Made by a program: the position numbers and the translations under genes. This document shows positions 31,214-40,897 of a stretch of DNA of 64,000 bases, in pieces. Below the pieces are notes generated by a model, which was not told the DNA's origin, ran no database searches, and saw only the letters and a list, made by a program, of their open reading frames with translations. Every line of letters begins with the position of its first letter. Positions within the stretch are counted from its first letter, which is position 1. Source of the DNA: Polyangiaceae bacterium (GTDB lineage Bacteria; Myxococcota_A; Polyangia; Polyangiales; Polyangiaceae); contig JAPSGB010000002.1 of NCBI GenBank assembly GCA_035063585.1, positions 32,001-96,000 of the forward strand, written 5' to 3'.

Positions 31214-34200
31214 CTAACGGCGCGCCGCCGCCTGACGCCGCCGGCGGCGGCCGAGCGCCACCGGCACGGCGGCGAGCAGCGCGAGGCCCCACGCGCTGCC
31301 GAGCGGCGCGCGGGAACCCGCCGTGGTGCACGCGCACCCGCCGCCCTCGAGCGTCCCGACCGGCTCCGCCGAGCTGCCGCCTCCGGTCCCGCCGGTGCCA
31401 GCCGAACCGCCGGTGCCGCCCGTCGCGCCGGTGCCAGCCGAACCGCCGGTGCCGCCCGTCGCGCCAGTGCCGCCCGTCGCGCCGGTACCAGCCGAACCGC
31501 CGCTCCCCGAGGCGCCGGCCGCGCCGCCCGTGCCACCGGCTCCGCCCGTGCCTCCCGAGCCTTCGCACGCGCCGGTGGCGGTGTTGCAGGTCGTGCCGGG
31601 CTGCGCCTTGCAGTCCTCATCCGAGGTGCAGCCGGCGCAGGTGCCGTCCGGCGCGCAGACCGGCGCGGTGCTGCTCGGGCAAGCGGCCGAGGCGCCACTC
31701 GCGTAGTCGCCGTCGCAGACGACGCAGGCGCTGGTGGTCTCGTTGCACACGGGCTTCTCGGCTGGGCAGTTCGCGCTGGTCGCGCACTCTTCGCAGCGCC
31801 CGGCGTTCGGCCCCGCCGTCACGCAGTGGCCGGCGCGGCAGCTCGCGTCGTCCGTGCAGCCGTCGTGGTGGAGGTCGATGCCGCACTTGCCGTCCGCGGC
31901 GTCACAGGCCTGACTACGGCAGACGGTGCCAGCGTCCGCGCTCGAGCAGGTCCCGTTGCCGTTCGCGTAGCCGCACTGGTCGTCGGAGTCGTCGCAGACC
32001 GCCGAGAGGCAGACCACCGCGCCGACCGGCCCGGTGCAGTTACCGTCGAGCACCGGGTCGTGCCCGGCGATGGTCGGAACCGCGGTGCCGTTCGGCAGCT
32101 TCGTCGTGCACTCGTGCCTCGACGTATCGCAGAACTGATCGCTCGAGCAGTCCGCGTCGACGTTGCAGCTCGCCGCCGGCATACAGGTGCCGTTGGCGCT
32201 GCACACGCCGGAGCGGCAGACGGTCGCCGCGGTCGAGGTGTCGCACGGCCCGGTGCCGTTGGCATAGCCGCACTGATCGTCCGAGGTGTCGCAGACCGCG
32301 GAGACGCAGACCACCGCGCCCGCTGGCCCCGTGCAGGCCCCGTCGAGCGGGGGGACGTGCCCGGCGATGGTCGGGATCGCGGTGCCGTTCGCGAGCTTGT
32401 CCGTGCACGAGTGCGACGACGTGTCGCAGAACTGGGTCGAGGCGCAGTCCGCATCGACGTTGCAGCCGCTCGACGGCATGCACGTGCCGTTGGCGCTGCA
32501 GGCGCCGGAACGGCACACGGTGTCGGCGGTCGCGGAATCGCACGGCCCAGTGCCGTCGGCATAGCCGCACTGGTCATCCGAGGTGTCGCAGACCGCGGAG
32601 ACGCAGACCGCCGCGCCCGCTGGCCCCGTGCAGGTCCCGTCGAGCGCAGGGTCGTGCCCGGCGATGGTCGGGATCGCGGTGCCGTTCGCGAGCTTGTCCG
32701 TGCACGAGTGCGACGACGTGTCGCAGAACTGGGTCGAGGCGCAGTCCGCATCGACGTTGCAGCCGCCGGCCGGCATGCAGGTGCCGTTGGCGCTGCAAGC
32801 GCCGGAACGGCACACGGTGTCGCCATTTTGCGCGGTGCACGGGCCATCATCGTTCGGGTAGCCGCACTTCCCGTCGGATGCGCACACGCCCGAGGTGCAG
32901 TCGAGGTCCCCGCCGCACGTCTCTCCATTCGCGACCGTGACGCGAACGAACGCGGCGTCCGCGTTGTTGCTCGGCGTCGGATCGCTCACGGTAGGAGGCA
33001 GAGTGACGGACGCGGTGTTCGTGAACTGACCTGCCGCGGCGTCCGACCTGACGGTGCCGGTGATCGTATAGGTCACCTTCTGGTTTACGGGGATCGACAC
33101 GGCGTCGTTGATGTTCCCCGCGCCCGAGGCGGCGCAGGTAGCGCCGCCGGTGCCCGCGCACGTCCAGGTGGCCGAAGCGAGCTGGGACGGCATGGTGTCC
33201 ACGATCGTCGCGCTCGCGGGGCCGTTCGGGCCGTCGTTGCTGGCTACGATGGTGTACGTGACCGTCCCACCAGCCGGCACCGTGGCCGCGCTCGCCGTCT
33301 TCTTGACCACCAGCTCGGCGTAGGTGATCCCGTCGGTGACCTTGGTGTAGACCTTCGGCCCGAGGAGCGGGGAGACGCTGGTAGCTCGGATGTCGTAGTT
33401 GCCTGCCGTGATCGTGGAGCCCACGGTCGCGGCAGGGGCAATCCGGACCGTGATCTCGAAATTCCCGCTCGCGCCGGCCGCGAGCGCGCCGACCGTGCAG
33501 GAGACCAGCCCACCGTTACCCGGGCTTGGCGCGGTGCAGGTCAGCCCCGGCGCGGTGACCGACGTGAACGTGGTGTTCGGCGGCGTGTTGAACTGGACGA
33601 CCGTGCCTGCGGCGCCCGCGGAGCCGTCGTTCTTATACGTGAGCGTGTAGGTGATGTCCGTGCCGCGGTTCGCGGCCGCGGGCCCGGTCGCGTAAACGTA
33701 GAGGCCGGGGACGGTCGGGCCGATGCCGTCCACGTAGACCTGCCCCCAGTGACCGCTCTGCGCGCACCCGGCCGCGATGACCTCGAGCTCGACCTGATCG
33801 CCAGGCGCGAGGAGCGCGTTGCCCGGCGCGATGTCGACCAGCGCCCAGTCGGTGTACTTGATCGATCCGCTGGTCTTCCAAGGAACGCCCGGCTGGTTCG
33901 CGAAGTTGAAATCCTGGTAGAGGATCTGGTTGCCTCGCGTGACGTTCGTGAGCTGAATGAAGAAGTACGGCTGCTGATGCGCCGGATGATTCGGGTCTTG
34001 CAGGACCGGCGCGGCGACGAAGCGAACGTGCGCGAGGCCGTCGACGGGGTCGATGTCCCCCGCGTCGACCGTCATCGTCTGCTTCATCGAGTTGGCGTTG
34101 CGGCTCGCCGTCTTGCGGTTCACGACGGCCACCGCGCTGCCGAATTTCGGCCACCGGAAAGAAGCGCCCGTCCCGAGATCCGGATCCGCCTGCGACTCGG

Positions 34201-34534
34201 GCCCCCCGCTCGTCGTGAGCGTGAAGGTCTGCGCGGTACCGCCCGTCTGCAGGGCCAGGTTCGCGCGGGTCTGCGGATCGGAGATCGTGATTCCCGGATT
34301 CCGGTAGGTCGTCACCGTCCAATTGGGTGGAGCCGCGTTGTTCGCTCCATCCTCGAAGCTCCCGTTGACGAAGACCGCCGAGCTCGTCGAGCCGGTCGGC
34401 TCGGGCTCGCCGGACTCGGTCGGGCCGAACCCCTCCGAGCCGCACGCGGGGAGCGCGAGCGCCGCCGCGAGACCGATCGCGACGCAGGCGCCAGCACGGA
34501 TCGAACGAACCTTCCGAGCGTCAATTCTATTCAT
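31214..34534 (-). CDS. Large cell-surface protein: N-terminal beta domain, DUF11-like Ig repeats, Cys-rich repeats, MYXO-CTERM
   Basis: Signal with LPAC; ITYTLTYKN and VTYTIVASNDGP (DUF11-like); 99-aa Cys repeats; C-terminal GGGCAC + TM + RRRRR. Confidence 0.88.
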   Translation of the reverse strand: MNRIDARKVRSIRAGACVAIGLAAALALPACGSEGFGPTESGEPEPTGSTSSAVFVNGSFEDGANNAAPPNWTVTTYRNPGITISDPQTRANLALQTGGTAQTFTLTTSGGPESQADPDLGTGASFRWPKFGSAVAVVNRKTASRNANSMKQTMTVDAGDIDPVDGLAHVRFVAAPVLQDPNHPAHQQPYFFIQLTNVTRGNQILYQDFNFANQPGVPWKTSGSIKYTDWALVDIAPGNALLAPGDQVELEVIAAGCAQSGHWGQVYVDGIGPTVPGLYVYATGPAAANRGTDITYTLTYKNDGSAGAAGTVVQFNTPPNTTFTSVTAPGLTCTAPSPGNGGLVSCTVGALAAGASGNFEITVRIAPAATVGSTITAGNYDIRATSVSPLLGPKVYTKVTDGITYAELVVKKTASAATVPAGGTVTYTIVASNDGPNGPASATIVDTMPSQLASATWTCAGTGGATCAASGAGNINDAVSIPVNQKVTYTITGTVRSDAAAGQFTNTASVTLPPTVSDPTPSNNADAAFVRVTVANGETCGGDLDCTSGVCASDGKCGYPNDDGPCTAQNGDTVCRSGACSANGTCMPAGGCNVDADCASTQFCDTSSHSCTDKLANGTAIPTIAGHDPALDGTCTGPAGAAVCVSAVCDTSDDQCGYADGTGPCDSATADTVCRSGACSANGTCMPSSGCNVDADCASTQFCDTSSHSCTDKLANGTAIPTIAGHVPPLDGACTGPAGAVVCVSAVCDTSDDQCGYANGTGPCDTSTAATVCRSGVCSANGTCMPAASCNVDADCSSDQFCDTSRHECTTKLPNGTAVPTIAGHDPVLDGNCTGPVGAVVCLSAVCDDSDDQCGYANGNGTCSSADAGTVCRSQACDAADGKCGIDLHHDGCTDDASCRAGHCVTAGPNAGRCEECATSANCPAEKPVCNETTSACVVCDGDYASGASAACPSSTAPVCAPDGTCAGCTSDEDCKAQPGTTCNTATGACEGSGGTGGAGGTGGAAGASGSGGSAGTGATGGTGATGGTGGSAGTGATGGTGGSAGTGGTGGGSSAEPVGTLEGGGCACTTAGSRAPLGSAWGLALLAAVPVALGRRRRRQAAARR
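31875..32867 (-). repeat. 297-bp tandem repeat, about 3.3 copies (99-aa Cys-rich unit)
   Basis: (G/A)TAGCCGCAC anchor at 31967, 32264, 32561 and 32858, exactly 297 bp apart. Confidence 0.93.
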
Positions 34535-34754
34535 GACAATGCCTTCACCTTACCGACCTCGCTCACCGCTTGTCTAGGGTCATTTCCCGCGCCGCCGTCG
34601 CCGTCGCCGTCGCCCGCGCCCCCGCCGCCCCCCAAGCACCTCGAGCGCTCCCGCCGCGCTCGCTTCCGCCGGCCGGAGCGCCGCGCCCGGCCGCTTCAAG
34701 GCAGCCCGACTCCGCTCGCTGGCGCTCCTCCGGCGCGGGAGTTAGGAGAGGCGC

Positions 34755-36434
34755 ATGACCAACCGAGCGGAGCAGGGACGCGCGGAGCTCCTCGCGTGGG
34801 ACGAGGGAAAGCCGCGCAATTTTTTCACTTCGGACCCGAACCTCGGGCGGGTGCTCGCGCTCCGGCTCGGTAAGGAGCGCTATCACGCCGAGCGCCGCCG
34901 GCTCGCCGAGGTCGGCGAGATGGTCGGTACTGAGCTCGCTCGCCTCACCCTCGAGACCAACCACGACGACAACCTGCCGCGACTCGAGCGCTATAGCGGG
35001 CTCGGGGTGCGCACGGAGGAGGTGGTGTTCCACCCGAGCTACCACCGCGCCGGCGAGCTCATCTGGCAGACGGGCGTGCTCTCGGATTACGCCACGCCTG
35101 GAAACGAGACGCTGCAGATGGGGCTCCTCCACCTCATCTCACAGCCGGGGGAGAACGGGCACAATTGCCCGCTCGCCTGCACCGCCGGGCTCATCAAGGT
35201 GGTACAGCGCCTCGGCTCCGACGCGCAGCGGAAGCAGTGGCTCCCGGGGCTGCTCGAGCGCGACTACGCGAAGCGTGTCCACGGCTCGCAATTCCTCACC
35301 GAGGTGCAGGGCGGCTCGGACGTCGGGGCGAACGCGGTGGTCGCACGGCAGGACGGTGAGAGATGGCGACTCTACGGCGAGAAGTGGTTCTGCTCGGTCG
35401 CTGACGCGCAGCTCTTCCTCATGACCGCGCGGCCCGAGGGCGCCATCGACGGCACCCGCGGGCTCGGGCTCTTCGTGGTGCCGCGGTGGGTCGGCGGCCG
35501 AGTGAACGAGTTTACGCTCCGGCGCCTGAAGCGAAAGCTCGGTACGCGCGCCATGGCCTCCGCCGAGGCGGATTTCGACGGGGCGCTCGGCGAAGCCGTG
35601 GGGCCGGTCGATCGCGGGTTCAAGAACGTGGTCGAGATCGTGCTCGACACCTCGCGGATGTATAACGCGGTGTGCTGCGCGGGCTCGATGCAGGCCGCGT
35701 ACCGCGAAGCGGCGAGCTACGCGCGGCACCGGCGCGCGTTCGGCCAGACGATCATCGAGTTCCCGCTGGTCGCGGACGCGCTCTCCACGCTCCACGCCGA
35801 GGCCATGGCCGCCACCGCGTCGACCTTGCGGATCATCGCCATGGCTGACCGCCTCGCCACCGGCCAGGGCGACGAGGCGCTCGCCGCCGCGTGGCGCGTC
35901 GGGGTGAACGTGAACAAGTACTTCACCGCCATCCGCAACACCCAGATGACGCGGCTCGCGATCGAAATGCTCGGCGGCAACGGTGTCATCGAGACGTTCA
36001 CGCCGCTGGTTCAGCTCTACCGCGACGCGATGGTGCTCGAGAGCTGGGAGGGGACGCACAATACGCTGGTCGACCAGGTGCTCCGCGACGCGCGGCGCCT
36101 CGGGATCCACGCCATGTTCATCGCCGAGCTCCGCGACGCGCTCGCGCGGCTCACGCTCCCGGCGGGAGACGCCGCGCTCGTCGAGCGCACCCGCGCCGGG
36201 ATCGACTCGGTCGAGCGCGGCTTTCGGCTCGTCGCGGACGGCGTCGGCGACCAGCGGTTCGGGCGACGCATCGTCGACCGCGCCGCGCTCTGCCTCCAGC
36301 TGGTGGCCATGCTCGAAGAGCTCGCGGCGTTCCCCGACGACACCGCCAAGCGGAGCGCCGTCACGCTCATTGCCGAGCGCCACCTCGCCGAGACGCTCGA
36401 GCCGCCGCCCGCGCTCCCGCCCGGGCTCGTCTGA
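34755..36434 (+). CDS. Acyl-CoA dehydrogenase family protein (AidB-like)
   Basis: FHPSYH, CPLACT, FLTEVQGGSDVG, GEKWFCS, RLKRKLGTRAMASAE, RRAFG, LGGNG, WEGTHN. Confidence 0.9.
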   Translation: MTNRAEQGRAELLAWDEGKPRNFFTSDPNLGRVLALRLGKERYHAERRRLAEVGEMVGTELARLTLETNHDDNLPRLERYSGLGVRTEEVVFHPSYHRAGELIWQTGVLSDYATPGNETLQMGLLHLISQPGENGHNCPLACTAGLIKVVQRLGSDAQRKQWLPGLLERDYAKRVHGSQFLTEVQGGSDVGANAVVARQDGERWRLYGEKWFCSVADAQLFLMTARPEGAIDGTRGLGLFVVPRWVGGRVNEFTLRRLKRKLGTRAMASAEADFDGALGEAVGPVDRGFKNVVEIVLDTSRMYNAVCCAGSMQAAYREAASYARHRRAFGQTIIEFPLVADALSTLHAEAMAATASTLRIIAMADRLATGQGDEALAAAWRVGVNVNKYFTAIRNTQMTRLAIEMLGGNGVIETFTPLVQLYRDAMVLESWEGTHNTLVDQVLRDARRLGIHAMFIAELRDALARLTLPAGDAALVERTRAGIDSVERGFRLVADGVGDQRFGRRIVDRAALCLQLVAMLEELAAFPDDTAKRSAVTLIAERHLAETLEPPPALPPGLV

Positions 36435-36501
36435 GGGCTCACCGCGTTCTTGGCCGTCCGCCGCGCGCCCCGGCTACGATCACGAGCGGAGGATCGAGCG
36501 C

Positions 36502-36948
36502 ATGATCGACATTCCCGGCTCCCCCTCGTTCCGCGCGACGCGGCGCACCGCCAAGCTCACCTGCCAGGTCGTGCGCCTGCGAGACTTCCGGCTGGTGGCC
36601 GACACCATCGAGGATCTCTCGCCGGCTGGGCTGCGCGTCGGCCCGGCCGATCCCGTGCTCACCGGCGAGCCGCTCATCGTGTCGTTTCGGCTGCCCGGCC
36701 TGGGCGATTGGATCGACGCGGACGCCGTCGTGCGCCGCGTCATCCACGGGCGGCGGCCCGGCGAGAGCGAGCGCTGCCTGGGCCTCGAGCTCACGTACCT
36801 CGACGCCTACTCGGCCCGGCTGGTCGCCGTTTACGCGCGCCGCTTGCCGCCCGCGCCGCCGCGATATCGGCTCACGCTCGACGCGCTCGAGCGCTGGAGC
36901 CGGCGGCTCGCGAAGCTCGGCCACACGCCGCTCCCGGCCCCGGCCTAG
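36502..36948 (+). CDS. PilZ domain protein
   Basis: RATRR (RxxxR) and DLSPAG (DxSxxG) motifs; GGAGG RBS. Confidence 0.82.
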   Translation: MIDIPGSPSFRATRRTAKLTCQVVRLRDFRLVADTIEDLSPAGLRVGPADPVLTGEPLIVSFRLPGLGDWIDADAVVRRVIHGRRPGESERCLGLELTYLDAYSARLVAVYARRLPPAPPRYRLTLDALERWSRRLAKLGHTPLPAPA

Positions 36949-36988
36949 CGCTCCGCTCGGGTCCGGCTAGGCTCGAGCCCGCGTCGAG

Positions 36989-38698
36989 ATGAGATTCCGA
37001 GCCATCGCCGTCGCCGCGGAGCGGAGCAACGCCATCGGCGTCGTCGAGGTCGAGTGCACGCCGCACGGGCTGGCGCTCGGCTACCTCGGCGCTGGCGCGT
37101 TCAGCGACGGCTACGCGCCGGGCGCGCTCACGACGGGCACGCGGGTCACGGTCCCGTACGGTCAAATCCTCGACGCACGCGTCGAGGGCGAGCAACTCTA
37201 CCTCGCGGTCGATCCGACGCTCACCCCGCTCAGCCAGCTCACCCTGACCACGTTCTCGACCGGCGACGGCGTGCACCTCCGGGAGCGCCACCGGCAGCGG
37301 CTCATCGTGCGGGTCGGCGCGGTGGCGACCGCGCTCCTCGCCATCCTCCTGCCGGCGCTCTCTCTGCCACGGCTGGTTCCGCGCGCAGGCGCCGGCCTCG
37401 CGCTCGCCGTCGGCGTGCTCGGCGCGCTCGCCGTGCTCGTCATCGGGCTCGCCGCCGATCGCCACGTCGCGCTCGGTGGACGCGACGGTGAGGCGGCGCT
37501 CGGCGCGTTCGCGGCCGAGCTTGCCAGGTATCTGCCGAACCTCACGCGCGCGGCCGGGCCCCCGCCTCCCAAGACGAAACCTCTACGACTTCCGGACTTC
37601 GAGCGGCTCCTCCCACGCACGGCCTTCGCCGTGATCGCGACGCTCACCGCTGGCGCGCTGGCGCTCGTCCTCACCGCGCACCGGGTGCTGACGGTCGGCG
37701 AGTCCGCGCGCGCGCCCGTCGCCCAGCACCGCACGGCGGAGCCCGACGTCGCGCCCGCGCCGGGGCCCACCGGGCCCGCGCCGGCGGTCGCCGCGCGCGC
37801 GGCCCCCTCGGCCTCGACGCCGTCGCCAGCTCTCACCACGCCCACGGGCGACACCGCATCCACCGCCGGCCCGTGCCGCTGCGAACGCGCGGACTCGCTC
37901 TTGTGGGCGCGTCCGCTGCCTGCGCTCTCCTCGCTCGTGCTCCGGCGCCGCCTCGAGCATCACGGCGCGCACGACGAGCTCGCGCTCGACATCGCCGCGG
38001 TAAATAGCGGCGACCGGCCGCTCGAGGACGTCACCTTCATGGTGCAGTTCTTCGAGCGCGACCCGCCGCCGTCGAACCGACGCTACCCGGTCTCGAGCCG
38101 CGCACTCTACTTCGAAGGCCCGCTCGCACCGGGCCAGGCCATCAAGTGGTCGGTGCAGGCGCGCGGTCGTGAAGTCGACATCCAAGGCGCGCCGCCGGCC
38201 ACGCTCGGCCCGGAGGGGCAAGGCGCCGCGCCGACCAACCTCATCGCGGGACTGCTCGACGCGAACCACCGCCCGGTGCGCCTATACGGCGCGATGCTCC
38301 TCGGCTACCTCGGCGACCCGCGCGCGCGCGAAGCCGCCGAGAAGCTCCACGAGGCGCTCCGCGATGACGAGGCGCCGTACCTCTCGCGGCTCCTCGCCGC
38401 GCTCGGCGAGGTCCGCGCGTGCAACCTCCGGGTGAGCGGCGACCTCGCGACCCTATGCCTCTACAACGCCTCGGGCGAGGCGAGATCCGGGCTCGGCGTG
38501 CGGCTCCGCGGCCTCGACGCGATGGTCGATCCGAGCGAGCCTACCGGCCAACCACCGACCGTCGTCTTCGAGCACGTCTGGCACGTCCCCGGCGAGCTCG
38601 CGCCCGAGCGCGGTCTGGTCACCAGCGTGCGCCTCGACGCCGCCGAACCGGCCGCCCTCGAGGCAGCCGCCGATCGCTACGATCTGCTGCGAGACTGA
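36989..38698 (+). CDS. Hypothetical membrane protein (3 TM, Pro/Ala linker, Ig-like and HEAT-like C-terminal region)
   Basis: Long ORF with coding-like codon pattern; no family recognised. Confidence 0.7.
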   Translation: MRFRAIAVAAERSNAIGVVEVECTPHGLALGYLGAGAFSDGYAPGALTTGTRVTVPYGQILDARVEGEQLYLAVDPTLTPLSQLTLTTFSTGDGVHLRERHRQRLIVRVGAVATALLAILLPALSLPRLVPRAGAGLALAVGVLGALAVLVIGLAADRHVALGGRDGEAALGAFAAELARYLPNLTRAAGPPPPKTKPLRLPDFERLLPRTAFAVIATLTAGALALVLTAHRVLTVGESARAPVAQHRTAEPDVAPAPGPTGPAPAVAARAAPSASTPSPALTTPTGDTASTAGPCRCERADSLLWARPLPALSSLVLRRRLEHHGAHDELALDIAAVNSGDRPLEDVTFMVQFFERDPPPSNRRYPVSSRALYFEGPLAPGQAIKWSVQARGREVDIQGAPPATLGPEGQGAAPTNLIAGLLDANHRPVRLYGAMLLGYLGDPRAREAAEKLHEALRDDEAPYLSRLLAALGEVRACNLRVSGDLATLCLYNASGEARSGLGVRLRGLDAMVDPSEPTGQPPTVVFEHVWHVPGELAPERGLVTSVRLDAAEPAALEAAADRYDLLRD

Positions 38699-38772
38699 GG
38701 TCTGGCCGGTTCGGCGCGAAGCCGCAGGGGTCGCCCGGCGCGGTGTCGCGCCGGGCCGTCGAGCCCGACGAC

Positions 38773-40302
38773 TCAACCGCGAATGCTGACCACCGTCCCG
38801 CGCTCGAAATTGAACACCGCGTGCCAGTCGGGAGGAACCGGAGGATCCGTCCACTCGAAGATATAGGCGGCGTCGACCGGCGCGAGGTTGATGCAGCCGT
38901 GGCTCCTCACCCGGCCGTAGTCGTCATGCCAGTAGGTGCCGTGGAGTGCGTAGCCCTTGTGGAAATACTGCACGAACGGCACATCGAGGAGGTTGTACGA
39001 GTCCGCCTTGTCCTCGGAGCCGTCCATGGTGGCGGCGACGTGTTTCGAGTGAATCATGAAGGTGCCGCGCACGGTGGCGAACCCCTTCTCCGGGTCGCCC
39101 ATGCCGCCGCGACCCGTGCTCACCAACGTCACGTAGACCGGCTTGGTGCCGACATACGCCACCAGCGATTGCTCGAGGATGGAGATGTCGAGCCATTTTC
39201 GCGTGCCGGTGGCGACGCTCGGGAACTGTGACCGCGGCTGGATGATGCGGAGCGTGGAACCTAGCACCCACGCGCCGTCACGTGTCTCCCAGTAGCCTCC
39301 AGGTCGCGTCTTTCCGGTGAGCTTGATGGGCTCGCGCCACGCGAGGTTGCCGTCCGCGCGCGGGATACCATCCTCGCCGATGGCGAAGCGCTGCGCGTAG
39401 CGTTGCTCGACGAAGCCGACCGGGAGCGTCTCGTCCGGGGCGAGCTCGACGCCGTGGAACTCGCTCGGCTTGACCAGGCGCGTGCGGTCGAGCGCGATGA
39501 TGTCGAGCTCGGTGGTAAGGCCGAAGGTGCGGCCGTCCGACTCGAAGACTCGCGCGATGGCAAACCCGCTGTCGGGCGCCGCGCGCCCCGCGTAGACCGA
39601 GAAATGGAGCCGCTGTTCGACCCCGTACGGCTTCACGAGCTTCTGGCCGTTCGCGAGGAACTCGGGCGGCGCGCCCGGCGTACCGAGCAGCTCCTTGACC
39701 CCCGAGAGCGCGAGACCATCGCGCCAGCGCGCGGCGCGCGCGAGCACGCCCTCACCCTCGACGGCCTCCATCTCGGCGCGCGTGGGGACCTTGAAGTAGC
39801 GGAGCGGCGGCGTCTCGCCCGCGCGCGCGTAGAGGTAGGGGAGCCCCTGGCCCCGTATCGGGCGGACGCTGCTCTCGACGGCGACGATGTCGTCGAGGTT
39901 CGAGGTCGCGCCCTTGCCGACGCACACGAACCCGCGCGGATTCACCCGGTACCACCCCCCCGCGCAGCCCTCGTTCTCGATGGCTGGTCCGCGCGCGTCC
40001 ACCACGGCGCCTGCGCGCAGGTAGCCGAGGCGCGTGCGCTGCGGACCGGTGTCGGTGTAGATCCAGGTGCGCCACGCGATGCTCGCGAGCCGCGTCCCAT
40101 CCGGCGAGAACGGGAGGTTGTCGTCGGCGCCACCGAACGCGCGAGGCGCGGGCGCGCCGCCACCCGACGCGGAGGGGGCGCCCCCTTCCGCCGCGACCAC
40201 GCGCGCCTCGCCGGAAGGGCTCGCGGTCGCGCCGGGAGGCTCCTGCCGGGTCGAGCACGCAGCGAGGGACGCGAAGCAGGCGAGGAAGACGACGACGCGC
40301 AT
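38773..40302 (-). CDS. L,D-transpeptidase (YkuD domain) lipoprotein
   Basis: Lipobox LAAC; LDISILEQSLVAY, VSTG, ALHGTYWHDDYGRVRSHGCINL. Confidence 0.92.
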   Translation of the reverse strand: MRVVVFLACFASLAACSTRQEPPGATASPSGEARVVAAEGGAPSASGGGAPAPRAFGGADDNLPFSPDGTRLASIAWRTWIYTDTGPQRTRLGYLRAGAVVDARGPAIENEGCAGGWYRVNPRGFVCVGKGATSNLDDIVAVESSVRPIRGQGLPYLYARAGETPPLRYFKVPTRAEMEAVEGEGVLARAARWRDGLALSGVKELLGTPGAPPEFLANGQKLVKPYGVEQRLHFSVYAGRAAPDSGFAIARVFESDGRTFGLTTELDIIALDRTRLVKPSEFHGVELAPDETLPVGFVEQRYAQRFAIGEDGIPRADGNLAWREPIKLTGKTRPGGYWETRDGAWVLGSTLRIIQPRSQFPSVATGTRKWLDISILEQSLVAYVGTKPVYVTLVSTGRGGMGDPEKGFATVRGTFMIHSKHVAATMDGSEDKADSYNLLDVPFVQYFHKGYALHGTYWHDDYGRVRSHGCINLAPVDAAYIFEWTDPPVPPDWHAVFNFERGTVVSIRG

Positions 40303-40359
40303 GACGAACGTTCGCAGCCCCGCGTAGCACAGATCTTGTTGAAGCGGCCGCCGCCGGGC

Positions 40360-40848
40360 ATGCTCGCCCGCGTGCTTCGACGAGCGAGGATTCCTTACGG
40401 CGCCTGGGTCCTCGTGAAGGAGGTCGCCCGCCACCTGCTCCGCCGGCCGGTGGTCGGCATCGCGGTCGCCGCGCACACCTCGGACGGTCGCTGGCTGCTC
40501 GTCCGCCGGGGCGACACGGGAGAGTGGGCTCTGCCCGGCGGGACCCTCGAGTGGGGTGAGTCGCTCCGGAGCGCCATCGCGCGCGAGCTCGCCGAGGAGG
40601 CCGGCGTGGTCGGAGTGCGCCTGGGCGGCCTGCGCGGGGTCTACTCGGCGCCGTGGCGCGACGCGCGCTTTCACGCGGTGACCATCGTGGTGGACGCGGA
40701 GATCGATGAGCCGGCGCGCGACCCGATGAACCCCCTCGAGATCGTCGAGGTCCGCCTGTTCGCCGAGGACGCGCTGCCGGGCGAGCTCGCGCACGGGATG
40801 ACCGACATGCTCCGCGACGCGCGCGCCGGCGAGCCGCGCTGGGAGTGA
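40360..40848 (+). CDS. NUDIX hydrolase
   Basis: Nudix box PGGTLEWGESLRSAIARELAEEAG. Confidence 0.92.
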   Translation: MLARVLRRARIPYGAWVLVKEVARHLLRRPVVGIAVAAHTSDGRWLLVRRGDTGEWALPGGTLEWGESLRSAIARELAEEAGVVGVRLGGLRGVYSAPWRDARFHAVTIVVDAEIDEPARDPMNPLEIVEVRLFAEDALPGELAHGMTDMLRDARAGEPRWE

Positions 40849-40897
40849 GCGCTCGGCGTGGCCGAGCGCAGGAAAATCGGGTATCTGAACGAATCGC

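Noticed and set aside
31826..34873. Long antisense/alternate-frame ORFs (e.g. 31826-34873 +, 54986-57538 +, 61382-63769 +, 21616-23856 +)
   Set aside because: Shadow ORFs caused by high GC3 on the opposite strand of well-supported genes.
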